Positions 55,067 to 64,000 of a stretch of DNA of 64,000 nt are shown one piece after another. The position numbers and the translations under genes are program-made. The notes under the pieces are model-generated. The model was not told where the DNA came from. It was given only the letters and a program-made list of their open reading frames with translations, and did not search any database. Positions within the stretch are counted from its first letter, which is position 1. The number at the start of each line of letters is the position of its first letter. Origin of the DNA: Candidatus Latescibacterota bacterium (GTDB lineage: Bacteria; Latescibacterota; UBA2968); contig OZ244028.1 of assembly GCA_965214925.1 (NCBI GenBank), positions 3,710,058-3,774,057 on the forward strand, given 5' to 3'.

Positions 55067-55974
55067 TAGAATTGTCTCAGGCGCTTTTGCAGGTACTGCC
55101 GGATGAGGTAGCCATAGCGTTGATCAAAAAGGGCAAAGTCGATGAAGGATTTGAAATACGATTCGAAATTGCCGATGTCGTAGCGCGATTCTTCGGGGTA
55201 CAATTTGATGCAGCGAACCGCGTGTCCCATTTTGATGAGCACAGAGATGGCGTCTGTGAGCTCGATCTCGCCTCTGTAACTGGGGGAGGTGCGTTTGAGC
55301 GCGGTGAAAATTTCCGGATTGAAGATGTAGCGCGCGGCCACGCCGAGATTGCTCGGCGCGCGTTCTGGCGCGGGCTTTTCCACGATGTGTTCAATCGCAA
55401 AATCGTCTTCGGGCGCGCCTCTTTTGGGTTTGACAATGCCATACTGGTTTTCTTCGCCTTCGGGCACTTCAACGACAGCAATGGTGCAACTCGCCCGATT
55501 TTTGTGGTGGGATTTGATCATGCGCCGCACGAGACCGGCGTGATTGCCCGATTTTATGATCGTGTCGCCAAACGCCACGACAAATGTCTCGCCCGCAACA
55601 AAGTCTTCTGCCCTGCTGATGGCATCGCCAATGCCCGCCGGGGCAATGTGACCGGCCGGGATAATTTGTCGGGTATAAAAGAATTTGACGCCCTCTTTTT
55701 CATAGTCGAGTTCGTCGGGCAAATTTTTGTGGTCGCTTTCCGAGAGGTAATTTTGCAATTCCACATCCCGGTCAAAGTGGTCTTCAATTGTGCGTTTGTC
55801 TTTTCCCGTGACAAAGAGTATTTTTTTTAAGCCCTGCTCGACCACTTCTTCAACCACGTACTGAACGATGGGTTTTCGACCCACGGGCAGCATTTCTTTG
55901 GGCTGAGATTTGGTGGCTGGCAATAGGCTGGTGCCCAAGCCGGCAACCGGAATGACGACTTTTTCGATGTCCAT
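55066..55974 (-). CDS. galU: UTP--glucose-1-phosphate uridylyltransferase
   Basis: 'KVVIPVAGLGTSLLPATKSQPKEMLPV..KP.VQYVVEE' is the canonical GalU N-terminus. 1-nt TAATG overlap with the GHMP kinase gene. Confidence 0.9.
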   Translation of the reverse strand: MDIEKVVIPVAGLGTSLLPATKSQPKEMLPVGRKPIVQYVVEEVVEQGLKKILFVTGKDKRTIEDHFDRDVELQNYLSESDHKNLPDELDYEKEGVKFFYTRQIIPAGHIAPAGIGDAISRAEDFVAGETFVVAFGDTIIKSGNHAGLVRRMIKSHHKNRASCTIAVVEVPEGEENQYGIVKPKRGAPEDDFAIEHIVEKPAPERAPSNLGVAARYIFNPEIFTALKRTSPSYRGEIELTDAISVLIKMGHAVRCIKLYPEESRYDIGNFESYFKSFIDFALFDQRYGYLIRQYLQKRLRQF

Positions 55975-56174
55975 CGCGCGCTCCTCTGAATGCCAAACGC
56001 TTGACAGGGTGCAATTTGTCGCTTAGAATTAAAAAGAAAATGAGTTGAACGCAAGACAAAATGTCAGACGCGAAACGCCAGACGCCAGTAGCCCGTGACC
56101 CCGCACAGCCCCCCCGGAAAGGCGCGAGAAGTGAGAGGGGATGGGCTATCCGCTGGCGTCTTGTATTGATGATT

Positions 56175-56200
56175 GGGCAACCACAAGGGATTGCCCCTAC
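56175..56200 (+). repeat. REP-like element family A copy 1 (GGGCAACCACARGGGATTGCCCCTAC)
   Basis: Internal inverted repeat GGGCAA/TTGCCC. Nearly identical to 57266-57291. Confidence 0.8.
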
Positions 56201-56235
56201 ATGGGGTTGGGCGGGCTGATTGCTGAGAGCTTTCT

Positions 56236-57228
56236 ATGCGAAACAAAATTTTGACAGATTGCCGCGCGTGGACTTCCGAGACAGTCGACGCGTCTTCAAA
56301 GTGGTATTACACCCTGTCTGAAAGCTGTTTGTCCGCGCTGTATCGCGGCGTGCAAAAGCACTCGGGGCCCCTGTGTGATCTCCGCGTATCCGATGCCATC
56401 CGGTCAGCTTGCGCGCCGTGTCTGCGGCCCGTGTTGGAGGCATTGCAAACCGGGCGCGGGTTTGCCATTGTCGAGCGTTTGCCCGTAGAATATTATACAC
56501 CGGACCAAGCTCGGGGTTCTTATTGGATGATCGGGCAGTGTTTGGGGGTGCCTTTTGAACAGAATATCGAAGGGACGCTGCTCTACGATGTGCGAGATAC
56601 CGGGCGAGATGTGAAATCCGGGGCGCGTTTTTCCGTGACCAATGCAGAGAGTTCGTTTCACACGGATGGCGCGTTTGGCGCACAGGTGCCCGAGTTGGTG
56701 GGCTTGCTTTGTGTAAAAACCGCGCGGTCGGGTGGCCGCAGTCAGCTGATCAGTGCCTATGCGTTGCACAACAGATTGCTCGATCGAGCCCCCGATGTCC
56801 TGAACGCGCTCTACTCGCCCTTCTGTTTTGACCGACGGGGGCAGTTTCTGCCAGGCGAATCACCTGTAAAAAAGGCGCCCATTTTTTCCGGGGACGAACA
56901 GACATTGATGACGCGCTATTTGCATTATTACATCCGCGTGGGGCATCGGAACGCGGGTGTGCCATTGACGCGCGAACAAGCGCGCGCCCTAGAAGCCGTT
57001 GAAGCCGCGTTGAAGCGTCCCGATATGCGCGTGGCATTCGATCTCGAGCCGGGGCAGATGCTGTTCACCAATAACAGGTGGATTTTGCACAATCGCACAG
57101 CCTTTGAAGATGCGCCCGAAGTCGGGCAAAGACGCCACTATGTGCGATTGTGGTTGATGGAGAGGCAAGAGGCTGCCCATCGGCAGGCAGGTGAAAAGCC
57201 CACCCAACCCCTCTTACACAAAAAATAA
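56236..57228 (+). CDS. TauD/TfdA-family Fe(II)/2-oxoglutarate dioxygenase
   Basis: 'SSFHTDGAF' (HxD facial triad) and the distal 'NNRWILHNRTAF'. 330 aa. Confidence 0.8.
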   Translation: MRNKILTDCRAWTSETVDASSKWYYTLSESCLSALYRGVQKHSGPLCDLRVSDAIRSACAPCLRPVLEALQTGRGFAIVERLPVEYYTPDQARGSYWMIGQCLGVPFEQNIEGTLLYDVRDTGRDVKSGARFSVTNAESSFHTDGAFGAQVPELVGLLCVKTARSGGRSQLISAYALHNRLLDRAPDVLNALYSPFCFDRRGQFLPGESPVKKAPIFSGDEQTLMTRYLHYYIRVGHRNAGVPLTREQARALEAVEAALKRPDMRVAFDLEPGQMLFTNNRWILHNRTAFEDAPEVGQRRHYVRLWLMERQEAAHRQAGEKPTQPLLHKK

Positions 57229-57265
57229 AACCCGCCCCGCCCATACCCGTAGGGGACACATATTC

Positions 57266-57291
57266 GGGCAACCACAGGGGATTGCCCCTAC
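57266..57291 (+). repeat. REP-like element family A copy 2
   Basis: 'gggcaaccacaggggattgcccctac', one mismatch from copy 1. It is followed by the short tandem 'cgtcttacgtctcgcgtcttacgtctc'. Confidence 0.8.
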
Positions 57292-57420
57292 GTCTTACGT
57301 CTCGCGTCTTACGTCTCATTGACTTTTCTATATTGACGCGCTATATTACGCGGTCGCAGGTGGCTCCAGATCGAAAGATGGAAGTGAAAGCTCTAGCCCC
57401 TAACCCCTTTGGAGATAACA

Positions 57421-58464
57421 GTGAAAGCTGCACAAATTGTCGCGCCCAGACGCATCGTGGTCGTCGATGCAGACGAACCGCATCTTACAGGCACCGGACA
57501 AGTGAAAATTCAGATGGAACGCGCGTGTCTGTGCGGTTCAGACGTGCCTTTGTGGGATTACGATCACAATGAATTGGCGGAACGCGCGCGGTGCAACCCG
57601 AGCAAAGCAAAGCGCGCCCCATTTGTCGATTACGTCAATGGAGATCCGTATCCGTTGCGCGTGGGCCTGTCAATTCACGAATGCTTGGGCACGGTGGTCG
57701 AGTCGTCGTCTGAGCAGTTTCGACCGGGGGATTTCGTACTTGCATTGCCCGACCGACAAGGGGGGTTGTGCGAATATATTTGCGCGCCCGATAGCAGAAC
57801 CATTCCATTGCCAAAAGGGGTTGTGCCCGACGAACAAATTTTGATGACGCAACCCTTGGGCACGGTGGTATGGGCGTGTCAAAAACTGGGCAATATCGTC
57901 AATCGAGATGTGGCAATTGTCGGGCAGGGGCCGATGGGCTTGATGTTCACGCACATGCTGGGCAATTTGGGTGCCCGAAGTGTGATTGGACTCGACAAAT
58001 TGGATTACCGCTTACATGCGGCAAAAAAAATGCACGCAACCCATACCGTCAATGTCGATAAAGTCGATGCTGTCGAAGCGGTGCGCGAGATTACGCGCGG
58101 CAAAATGGCGGATCTGGTCGTCGAGGCGGTCGGGCATCAGACAGAGACTTTGAACTCGTGCCTGAAACTCGTGCGACACCTGGGTACACTCCTGTGCTTT
58201 GGCGTGCCCGATAATGCGTATTATCCATTTGCATATCCCGAATTTTTCAGATTAAATCTCAATCTGATTTCTACGGTTGGCCCCAATGTACTGCCCAATT
58301 TTTCTCTCGCCCGCGACCTGATCGCACAAGGGCGCGTCAATGTGGCCCCCTTGGTCACACATGTGTTGCCATTTGAAAAAATTCAGCACGGGTATGCGTT
58401 GTTCACCGATCGCGAGGATGGGGCCATTAAAGTGGTGATCGATTACGATTCATTGAGGACCTGA
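57421..58464 (+). CDS. zinc-dependent medium-chain alcohol/polyol dehydrogenase
   Basis: 'CLCGSDV' catalytic Zn motif and Rossmann 'VAIVGQGPMGL'. GTG start 6 nt after a GGAG SD; the ORF track starts at TTG 57409. Confidence 0.85.
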   Translation: MKAAQIVAPRRIVVVDADEPHLTGTGQVKIQMERACLCGSDVPLWDYDHNELAERARCNPSKAKRAPFVDYVNGDPYPLRVGLSIHECLGTVVESSSEQFRPGDFVLALPDRQGGLCEYICAPDSRTIPLPKGVVPDEQILMTQPLGTVVWACQKLGNIVNRDVAIVGQGPMGLMFTHMLGNLGARSVIGLDKLDYRLHAAKKMHATHTVNVDKVDAVEAVREITRGKMADLVVEAVGHQTETLNSCLKLVRHLGTLLCFGVPDNAYYPFAYPEFFRLNLNLISTVGPNVLPNFSLARDLIAQGRVNVAPLVTHVLPFEKIQHGYALFTDREDGAIKVVIDYDSLRT

Positions 58465-58484
58465 CAAAAAGGGGGTTTTTCCCT

Positions 58485-60071
58485 GTGGCAGCAATGTTTG
58501 AATACGGCACCGTGGTTGGACAACCCGAATCCGATTCTGCCGCTGTAAGTATGCTGAGAAAGGGTGGCAATGCAGTCGATGCTGCTGTAACAGCGGCATT
58601 TCTCGCGTGTGTTTTAGCACCTAAATCTTGCGGAATTGGCGGTTATGGGGGAATGATGACCGCCTATATTGATGGCAAAGTCGTCTGTGTGGACTTTAAT
58701 ACTGTGGCGCCTCGGTCCGCCCATGCGAGGATGTTTCGCGTAACGCGCTCGGATGGGCGATTTGGTTCGGCTGTCAGTGAGTATGCCAATGAAATTGGCT
58801 ATCGGGCCATTTCGGTTCCCGGGGTGCTGGCAGGTCTCGGTCTGGCACTGGAGAAATTCGGCAAAATGACATTGGCAGATGTACTCGCGCCCGCGATTCG
58901 CGCATGTGAACGCGGGTTTCGGGTGTCGGCAAACTACGCAGCCGGTATCGCCCAGAGCGAAGCGCGCATTCGCGCATTTCCAGAAACCGCGCGCTTGTTG
59001 CTAATCGATGGCAAAGTGCCCAAAAGTGGGGACCGGGGCCAAAACCCCCATTTGGGCGCGTTGCTCAGTCAGATTGCCGAGAAAGGAGTGCGCGAGTTTT
59101 ACGAGGGACGCATCGCGGCGCGCATTGCCAAACACATTCGAGATAACCGCGGGGGCTTAACGCAAAATGATCTGGCGAATTACGAGGCGCGGGTCGTCGA
59201 TCCTGTACACTTGATGTGTATGGAATACGATGTGTACAGTTCGCCACTTTGCAGCGCGGGATTGAGTCTGGCGCAAATGTGTGCCATTGCCGACGAGGCC
59301 GAATTAGATCTCTACGCGCGAGATGCCGCGCGGCTAGCGCATGGTATGATCGAAATTATTCGCGCGGCGTGGATGGATCGCTATCGACATTTTGGCGATC
59401 CAAAGCACATGGATGTGCCCACGAACGTGCTGCTGTCGGATATCCATCTCGGTGCAACCGCGAGAGAAATTGCCGGGTACATTGCCGACGGCAAACGCGG
59501 GCAATCCCTGTTGCGACCACTTTATACGGGTGGCACGACCCATATTTGCACGATAGACGCGCAAAGCAATATGGTGGCCCTGACCCTGACGCATGGGCCA
59601 GGCTTTGGGTCTTTTGTCACCATTCCCAGCATGGGCTTGGTGATGAATGCGGGCATGTCGCGGTTCGATCCCGGTTCGGGGTTGAAAAATTCAATTGCCC
59701 CCGGCAAAGCCCCGATTATGAACATGTGTCCGACCATTGTGTTGCGCGATGGCGAGCCTGTAATGACCTTGGGCGCGTCCGGAGGGACGCGCATCCCATC
59801 GTCCGTATTCCAGGTTTTGGCGCGCAGATTGGTGCTCGAAGAAGACCCCGAGTGGTCAATTGCAGCCCCTCGGGTGCATTCAGAAGGCAATGAGTGGGCG
59901 CGTTTGGAAGACGAGTTCGGAGAGGCTGCGCCGGCATATCTCAAGTCAATCGGGTACAAAATAAACACAAAGGGCACGGTAGCCGCCAATGTTCGGATGA
60001 TTGAGATAAGAGACGAGGGATTGTTGGCAATGTACGATCCGCGCATGAAGGCGAGAGAAAAAGGGTATTGA
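58485..60071 (+). CDS. gamma-glutamyltransferase family protein, paralogue 2
   Basis: 'LRKGGNAVDAAVTAAF' and the catalytic-Thr context 'GGTTHICTIDAQSNMVALTLTHGPGFGS'. Confidence 0.88.
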   Translation: MAAMFEYGTVVGQPESDSAAVSMLRKGGNAVDAAVTAAFLACVLAPKSCGIGGYGGMMTAYIDGKVVCVDFNTVAPRSAHARMFRVTRSDGRFGSAVSEYANEIGYRAISVPGVLAGLGLALEKFGKMTLADVLAPAIRACERGFRVSANYAAGIAQSEARIRAFPETARLLLIDGKVPKSGDRGQNPHLGALLSQIAEKGVREFYEGRIAARIAKHIRDNRGGLTQNDLANYEARVVDPVHLMCMEYDVYSSPLCSAGLSLAQMCAIADEAELDLYARDAARLAHGMIEIIRAAWMDRYRHFGDPKHMDVPTNVLLSDIHLGATAREIAGYIADGKRGQSLLRPLYTGGTTHICTIDAQSNMVALTLTHGPGFGSFVTIPSMGLVMNAGMSRFDPGSGLKNSIAPGKAPIMNMCPTIVLRDGEPVMTLGASGGTRIPSSVFQVLARRLVLEEDPEWSIAAPRVHSEGNEWARLEDEFGEAAPAYLKSIGYKINTKGTVAANVRMIEIRDEGLLAMYDPRMKAREKGY

Positions 60072-60108
60072 AGCGATCCGCGCGACCCAACAGTAACCAG
60101 CAGTCCAT

Positions 60109-60141
60109 GTAGGGGCAACCCTTGTGGTTCTGTGGTTGCCC
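60109..60141 (-). repeat. REP-like element family A copy 3 (inverted orientation, internal GTGGTT duplication)
   Basis: 'gtaggggcaacccttgtggttctgtggttgccc' is the reverse complement of the family A consensus, with a 6-7 nt duplication. Confidence 0.7.
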
Positions 60142-60205
60142 ATCATTCTAGGGACAACCCCAAGTAGTTCCTTCACTTCGCTCAGGATGGTCGCCCAATC
60201 ATCTT

Positions 60206-60773
60206 ATGGAATGGCACGACATTGCGAGACGCATCAAATCGGGCGAGGATCGGCGAACCGAATTTAAGCGCGACCTCGTACACCTATCGGGAATCGGCCG
60301 GGCGATTTGCGCCTTTGCCAATGCAGAAGGTGGGCTGATCATCTTGGGGGTTGATGATAGAGGGATGATTATCGGAGTGAGAGAGGATCCAGATGCGGTG
60401 CAGGAACGGCTGACCAGTTTTTTGCATTCGGGTTGTAGTGTGCCGGTGCCCGCGCGCTGTGGGCGGTACAGCGATCCAAACGGATGGGTGCATTGGATCG
60501 AAGTGCCTCGTCTGCGGGGGTTTGAGCCGCTTCACTATCGCGGGCGCGTCTGGACTCGGCGCGAACGCAGCAGGGTGCAACCATCGCCGACCGAACTTCA
60601 GGAGTTGTACAATTCTCGTCGCACGCTTGATGGAACAGCGCGGACGCGGATGGCCCGTGATGCGGCGCGCGATGCGGGAATTTAATGGCACTGAACCGGG
60701 CATTGTCCAGGACGAAAGCGGCAAGTTCGTGCGCGTGACATTCCACATTCGCGGCGAAACGCCACAACGATAG
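60206..60773 (+). pseudogene. AlbA_2/Schlafen-type (AAA_4) DNA-binding regulator, internally deleted and frameshifted
   Basis: Frame 1 carries an intact N-terminal AlbA_2 domain ('EDRRTEFKRDL...ICAFANAEGGLIILGVDDRGMIIGV'). Only the extreme C-terminus of such proteins ('EQRGRGWPVMRRAMREFNGTEPGIVQDESGKFVRVTF') survives, and it is in another frame. The ~200-aa middle (ATPase-like) part is missing. Confidence 0.6.
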
Positions 60774-60832
60774 AAAAGCTGACCGCTGAAAGCCGATGGT
60801 CAAAAAATTTGAATACTGAGGAGAGCAACCCC

Positions 60833-61951
60833 ATGGAGAACTATCCCTTTGGCAGCGGACGGCCCGACCCGGCGTCGTTTCCCAATCGCGAATTGGCCGA
60901 AGCCGCCATGCGTATTTTGCCCGAGATGGGCAATGAACTGGCACTTTATCCCGGCACATTGGGATATCAGCCCCTGCGACAAGTGATGGCGAACCGCTTG
61001 TTGCAGCGCGAGGGGATCGCCCCGCCCGTTGAAGAGATCGCGTTGACCAATGGGTCGATGCAGGCCGTGACCCTGATGGCGCAGATGTTTATCGATCAGC
61101 CCGGCGACGGGGTGGTGATGGAGGCGTTTTGTTATTCGGGCACTATTGGCGCGTACCAAAAAGAGGGCGCGGAATTGGTGGGCATTCCCGTGGATGAACA
61201 CGGCATGCGGATGGACGCGCTATCCGATGAGTTAAAAAAACGGGCCGATAGGGGAAAGTTGCCAAAATTCATTTACGTGCTGGCGACGTTTCAAAATCCC
61301 ACAGGTGCTATTATGCCTCTCAAACGGCGCCGTGAATTGTTGCAAATTGCCGCGCAATACGAGCTTCCGGTCGTGGAAGATCACTGTTATGCCGATACGG
61401 TGTATGAAGACGATTATTACGTGCCATCACTCTACACCCTACCGGCAGAAGTGCCTGTGGTGCATATTGAATCGCTCTCCAAAATTTTAGGCCCGGGCGT
61501 GCGCCTGGGGTGCTTTTTTACCCAACAACCCCTGTTGGGCAAAATTTTGCAAATTCGTCGAGATGGGGGAACGAGCTCGCTGGCCGCAGCGGTTGTGTAC
61601 GAGTATTTCCGCGAGCATCTGTGGACGCATGTTCATCACATCAATGCGATTGTAAAGGAAAAGCGCGATGTGATGTTTGAGATGCTGGCGCGATTTCCCA
61701 ATGCCTTTGAGTGGTTTAGCCGCCCCAAAGGCGGGTTGTTTATCTGGGTGAAATTGCCCGATACCACCGATGTGGTCAGGTGCGAACAAATCGCCGAAGC
61801 CCGCGGGATTGATTATGCCACGGGCAAGGCGTTTCACGTCTATCGCGACGATGTGCCTTACCTGCGCCTCGCGTTTGGCTACGCCTCCCTGCCGCAAATT
61901 CGAGAAGGCATTCCAAAGTTGGCAGAATGCGTGATGGAGACACAGGGTTGA
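60833..61951 (+). CDS. PLP-dependent aminotransferase, class I/II (2-aminoadipate/MocR-type catalytic domain)
   Basis: 'YVLATFQNPTG' and PLP-Lys 'ESLSKILGPGVRLG'. ATG start 9 nt after a GAGGAG SD. Confidence 0.85.
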   Translation: MENYPFGSGRPDPASFPNRELAEAAMRILPEMGNELALYPGTLGYQPLRQVMANRLLQREGIAPPVEEIALTNGSMQAVTLMAQMFIDQPGDGVVMEAFCYSGTIGAYQKEGAELVGIPVDEHGMRMDALSDELKKRADRGKLPKFIYVLATFQNPTGAIMPLKRRRELLQIAAQYELPVVEDHCYADTVYEDDYYVPSLYTLPAEVPVVHIESLSKILGPGVRLGCFFTQQPLLGKILQIRRDGGTSSLAAAVVYEYFREHLWTHVHHINAIVKEKRDVMFEMLARFPNAFEWFSRPKGGLFIWVKLPDTTDVVRCEQIAEARGIDYATGKAFHVYRDDVPYLRLAFGYASLPQIREGIPKLAECVMETQG

Positions 61952-61992
61952 GGTCGCATGTTGATGAATAAACGACAGAAGAACTGCTTCAG

Positions 61993-62211
61993 ATGAAGGA
62001 TAGAGAGATTGATTTTTCGGACATTCCCGAATTGGAAGAAGATTTTTTCAAAGTGCGTATCTCGTATTTCCCGTGGAAGGTCGAGATATTTTGATCTGGT
62101 ATAAAAAGCAATATGGAGAAGATTATCGTGCTCGGATGAATGCAGTTTTGCGTGACCATATAGATCAGACCGCGAAGCAAAAAGTGCGAAGTGCAATCGA
62201 GAAATCATGAA
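61993..62211 (+). pseudogene. degraded BrnA/DUF4415-like antitoxin gene
   Basis: Frame a reads 'MKDREIDFSDIPELEEDFFK' and then hits a stop. Frame c continues 'DILIWYKKQYGEDYRARMNAVLRDHI', the usual DUF4415 C-terminus. A frameshift or deletion is therefore likely. Confidence 0.45.
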
Positions 62212-62500
62212 TGGAAGAGAATTTGTTAGGCATGCCAGACGCTATGCAAGAAAGACAGGGAAGGAGTTCCGCTTTGATCCGCGCCGCGGCAAGGGCAGCC
62301 ATGGGACACTCTATGTGGGCAACCGCCAAACCACTATTCCGTACAAAGAAATTGGCCCATGTGTGCTGGCCTCCATGCTGAAAGACCTTGACATCAATAG
62401 AAAGAGTTTTGATCCATGCGCTATATTTATCCATGCAACCTTACACCGGAGGAAGAAGGTGGTTTCTTCGTGTCCTTTCCCGACGTACCTGGAGCCATAA
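62207..62500 (+). CDS. hicA: HicA-family toxin
   Basis: 'FVRHARRYARKTGKEFRFDPRRGKGSHGTLYVGNRQTTIP...MLKDLDI'. The reading frame runs 84 nt into hicB, longer than usual for HicA, so the stop may have been lost. Confidence 0.65.
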   Translation: MNGREFVRHARRYARKTGKEFRFDPRRGKGSHGTLYVGNRQTTIPYKEIGPCVLASMLKDLDINRKSFDPCAIFIHATLHRRKKVVSSCPFPTYLEP

Positions 62501-62844
62501 CGGGGGCGCGAACCAGGGAAGAATCTCTTTTCCTAGCTGAAGACGCCCTCGTCGCCATCCTCGCTGTGTACGTCCAAGAGAAACGGAAAATACCAACGCC
62601 AAGCCCTGTTGCCGACGGTCAGGAACTCGTCGCTGTCCCGCCAGTGGCCGCGGCTAAGTTGGCCCTCTATACGGCCATGTGCAAGCAGGAGATCGCCGAG
62701 GAAGCACTCGCTGTCCGTCTAAACCTGAGCGAGTCTGCCATCCGCAAGTTGCTCGACCCGGATTGCTACTCCCATATCAGTCAGATCATGAGAGCACTCC
62801 GAACCGTCGGGCGCAACCTAGTCATCGAAGACAGAGCAGCATAG
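62416..62844 (+). CDS. hicB: HicB-family antitoxin
   Basis: 'YIYPCNLTPEEEGGFFVSFPDVPGAITGARTREESLFLAEDAL' is a HicB N-domain. The C-terminal part is HTH-like. Confidence 0.8.
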   Translation: MRYIYPCNLTPEEEGGFFVSFPDVPGAITGARTREESLFLAEDALVAILAVYVQEKRKIPTPSPVADGQELVAVPPVAAAKLALYTAMCKQEIAEEALAVRLNLSESAIRKLLDPDCYSHISQIMRALRTVGRNLVIEDRAA

Positions 62845-62916
62845 TCGCCCGTGCAGCACCCTGTAGGGGTGCCTGCCCATCGTCGTGCCCAAAAAAATAA
62901 ACAATAGGAGTCCGTT

Positions 62917-63708
62917 GTGAATGCCCCCCCAATGCCAGCGCGTCCGCCCATTCCGGGTGTAAAACACATTGTCGCAATCGCCAGTGGCAAAGGGGGCGTT
63001 GGCAAATCGACGATGGCGTCAAATTTAGCTGTGGCAATGGCCCTGTCGGGGCGCGCGGTGGGTTTGATGGATGCGGATATTTACGGTCCCAATGTGCCGA
63101 TCATGATGGGCGCCAAAGCCCAACCCCAGATGACGCCCGAAAAAAAAATTAAACCGCTTGAACGGCAGGGCGTAAAATTCGTGTCAATGGGATTGATCGC
63201 GGGCGATGGGGTGCCGATTATCTGGCGCGGCCCCATGCTGGGCAAGATGGTGACCCAATTTGTGCGCGATGTGGCCTGGGCACCGCTCGATTGTCTGGTC
63301 ATTGATTTGCCCCCGGGCACGGGAGATGTGCAGTTGACTTTGACACAATCAACTCCTTTGGATGGGGCCGTGATCGTGACGACGCCATCGCTTGTGGCAC
63401 TGGAGGACGTGCGGCGCGGGGTCGAAATGTTTCGCACCGTTGAGGTGCCGGTGCTGGGTGTGATTGAAAATATGAGCACGTATATATGTGGCAGTTGCGG
63501 TACAGAGACGTGGATCTTCGGCCATGGCGGCGGCGAGCGCACGGCAAAGGCGTATCGCGTGCCGTTCTTGGGCGCGATTCCATTGCATCCTCAAGTGCAT
63601 ATAGGAAGTGATACGGGAGAGCCGATTGTGGCCTCTGATCCCGACGCGCCTCTGGCAAAGATATATCGCGACATCGCCGATTGCATCTGGCAGTCTTTGG
63701 CGGGGTGA
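62917..63708 (+). CDS. apbC: Mrp/ApbC-family Fe-S cluster carrier ATPase
   Basis: Deviant Walker A 'ASGKGGVGKST', 'DLPPGTGD' and 'CGSCGTETWIFG'. GTG start 6 nt after an AGGAG SD. Confidence 0.9.
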   Translation: MNAPPMPARPPIPGVKHIVAIASGKGGVGKSTMASNLAVAMALSGRAVGLMDADIYGPNVPIMMGAKAQPQMTPEKKIKPLERQGVKFVSMGLIAGDGVPIIWRGPMLGKMVTQFVRDVAWAPLDCLVIDLPPGTGDVQLTLTQSTPLDGAVIVTTPSLVALEDVRRGVEMFRTVEVPVLGVIENMSTYICGSCGTETWIFGHGGGERTAKAYRVPFLGAIPLHPQVHIGSDTGEPIVASDPDAPLAKIYRDIADCIWQSLAG

Positions 63709-63777
63709 ATCGCCCGTGATGGTTTTTCATATCCCATGCTGACGCTTGCCGGTGGCGAGTCATGTTGTACCCATTCT

Positions 63778-63817
63778 AAACAGGCGGTCGCGGTGCGATC
63801 GCCTGTTTTATTTTTTT
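63778..63817 (+). terminator. rho-independent terminator after apbC
   Basis: 'aaacaggcg' ... 'cgcctgttt' stem followed by a T-rich tract. Confidence 0.7.
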
Positions 63818-63818
63818 C

Positions 63819-63847
63819 TTGAAACATATACATTTGTTCAGTATATT
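63819..63847 (+). promoter_or_regulatory. sigma70-type promoter for a gene or RNA beyond the window end
   Basis: TTGAAA - 17 nt - TATATT. The spacer resembles that of the recA promoter. Confidence 0.5.
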
Positions 63848-64000
63848 TGGGCAGATTGCACAGACGACCTGAGAAAAAGAAAAAAAAGTGTACCTTTTGC
63901 GGCACTTGTGGGTCTATTATGAGGTGGTGTACATCATTCATTTTTAGGCTCACTCTGCCGCCGAACTGAAGCACAATCGCAGGTTCATCGGGGGGGATAT

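Noticed and set aside
62853-62880. Fourth copy of REP family A after hicB ('ccctgtaggggtgcctgcccatcg')
   Set aside because: Only the 'GTAGGGG' core and a loose GC-rich context match, which is too short to call.

Overview
This is a 64-kb bacterial chromosomal segment. Spot counts on 60-nt lines give about 60-67% GC in the housekeeping parts. GC-rich REP-like palindromes in many intergenic spacers suggest an uncultured or MAG-type lineage. Most of the window is ordinary core genome: two GGT paralogues, a ROK kinase and an LpoB-type envelope lipoprotein cluster. Next come metK, ptsI-ptsH, a PfkB kinase, a PcrB/GGGPS-family prenyltransferase and alaS-recX. A 981-aa repeat protein sits between recX and recA. 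These are followed by pgpA-pgsA, recR-ybaB-dnaX-ffs, tRNA-Ala and two tRNA-Ser genes, tadA, an EndoQ-UvrD fusion and PBP1A. The right end carries a galU/GHMP-kinase/GT4 sugar operon, a TauD-like dioxygenase, an ADH, an aminotransferase, hicAB and apbC. The stand-out region is a defence island of about 15 kb (33.8-48.7 kb, all on the minus strand), and most of it is markedly lower in GC. It carries an SspABCD-type DNA phosphorothioation module: cysteine desulfurase, DUF4007-like protein, large P-loop ATPase and PP-loop/PAPS-reductase protein. A BrnT toxin follows, and the ORF in its expected antitoxin position runs straight into a PLD-nuclease/SF2-helicase. Next are an 81-aa protein, a DndD-like SMC ATPase and a 151-aa protein, an SspFGH-like arrangement as far as I recall it. 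The island ends with a translationally coupled trio of ParB, truncated ParB and a beta-CASP metallo-beta-lactamase nuclease, which I cannot assign to any named system. A 78-nt degenerate copy of the sspD 3' end lies immediately upstream of that trio. This indicates the trio once sat directly behind a phosphorothioation operon, and it is my best candidate for an undescribed modification-linked effector module. No integrase, transposase, CRISPR array or rRNA was seen.
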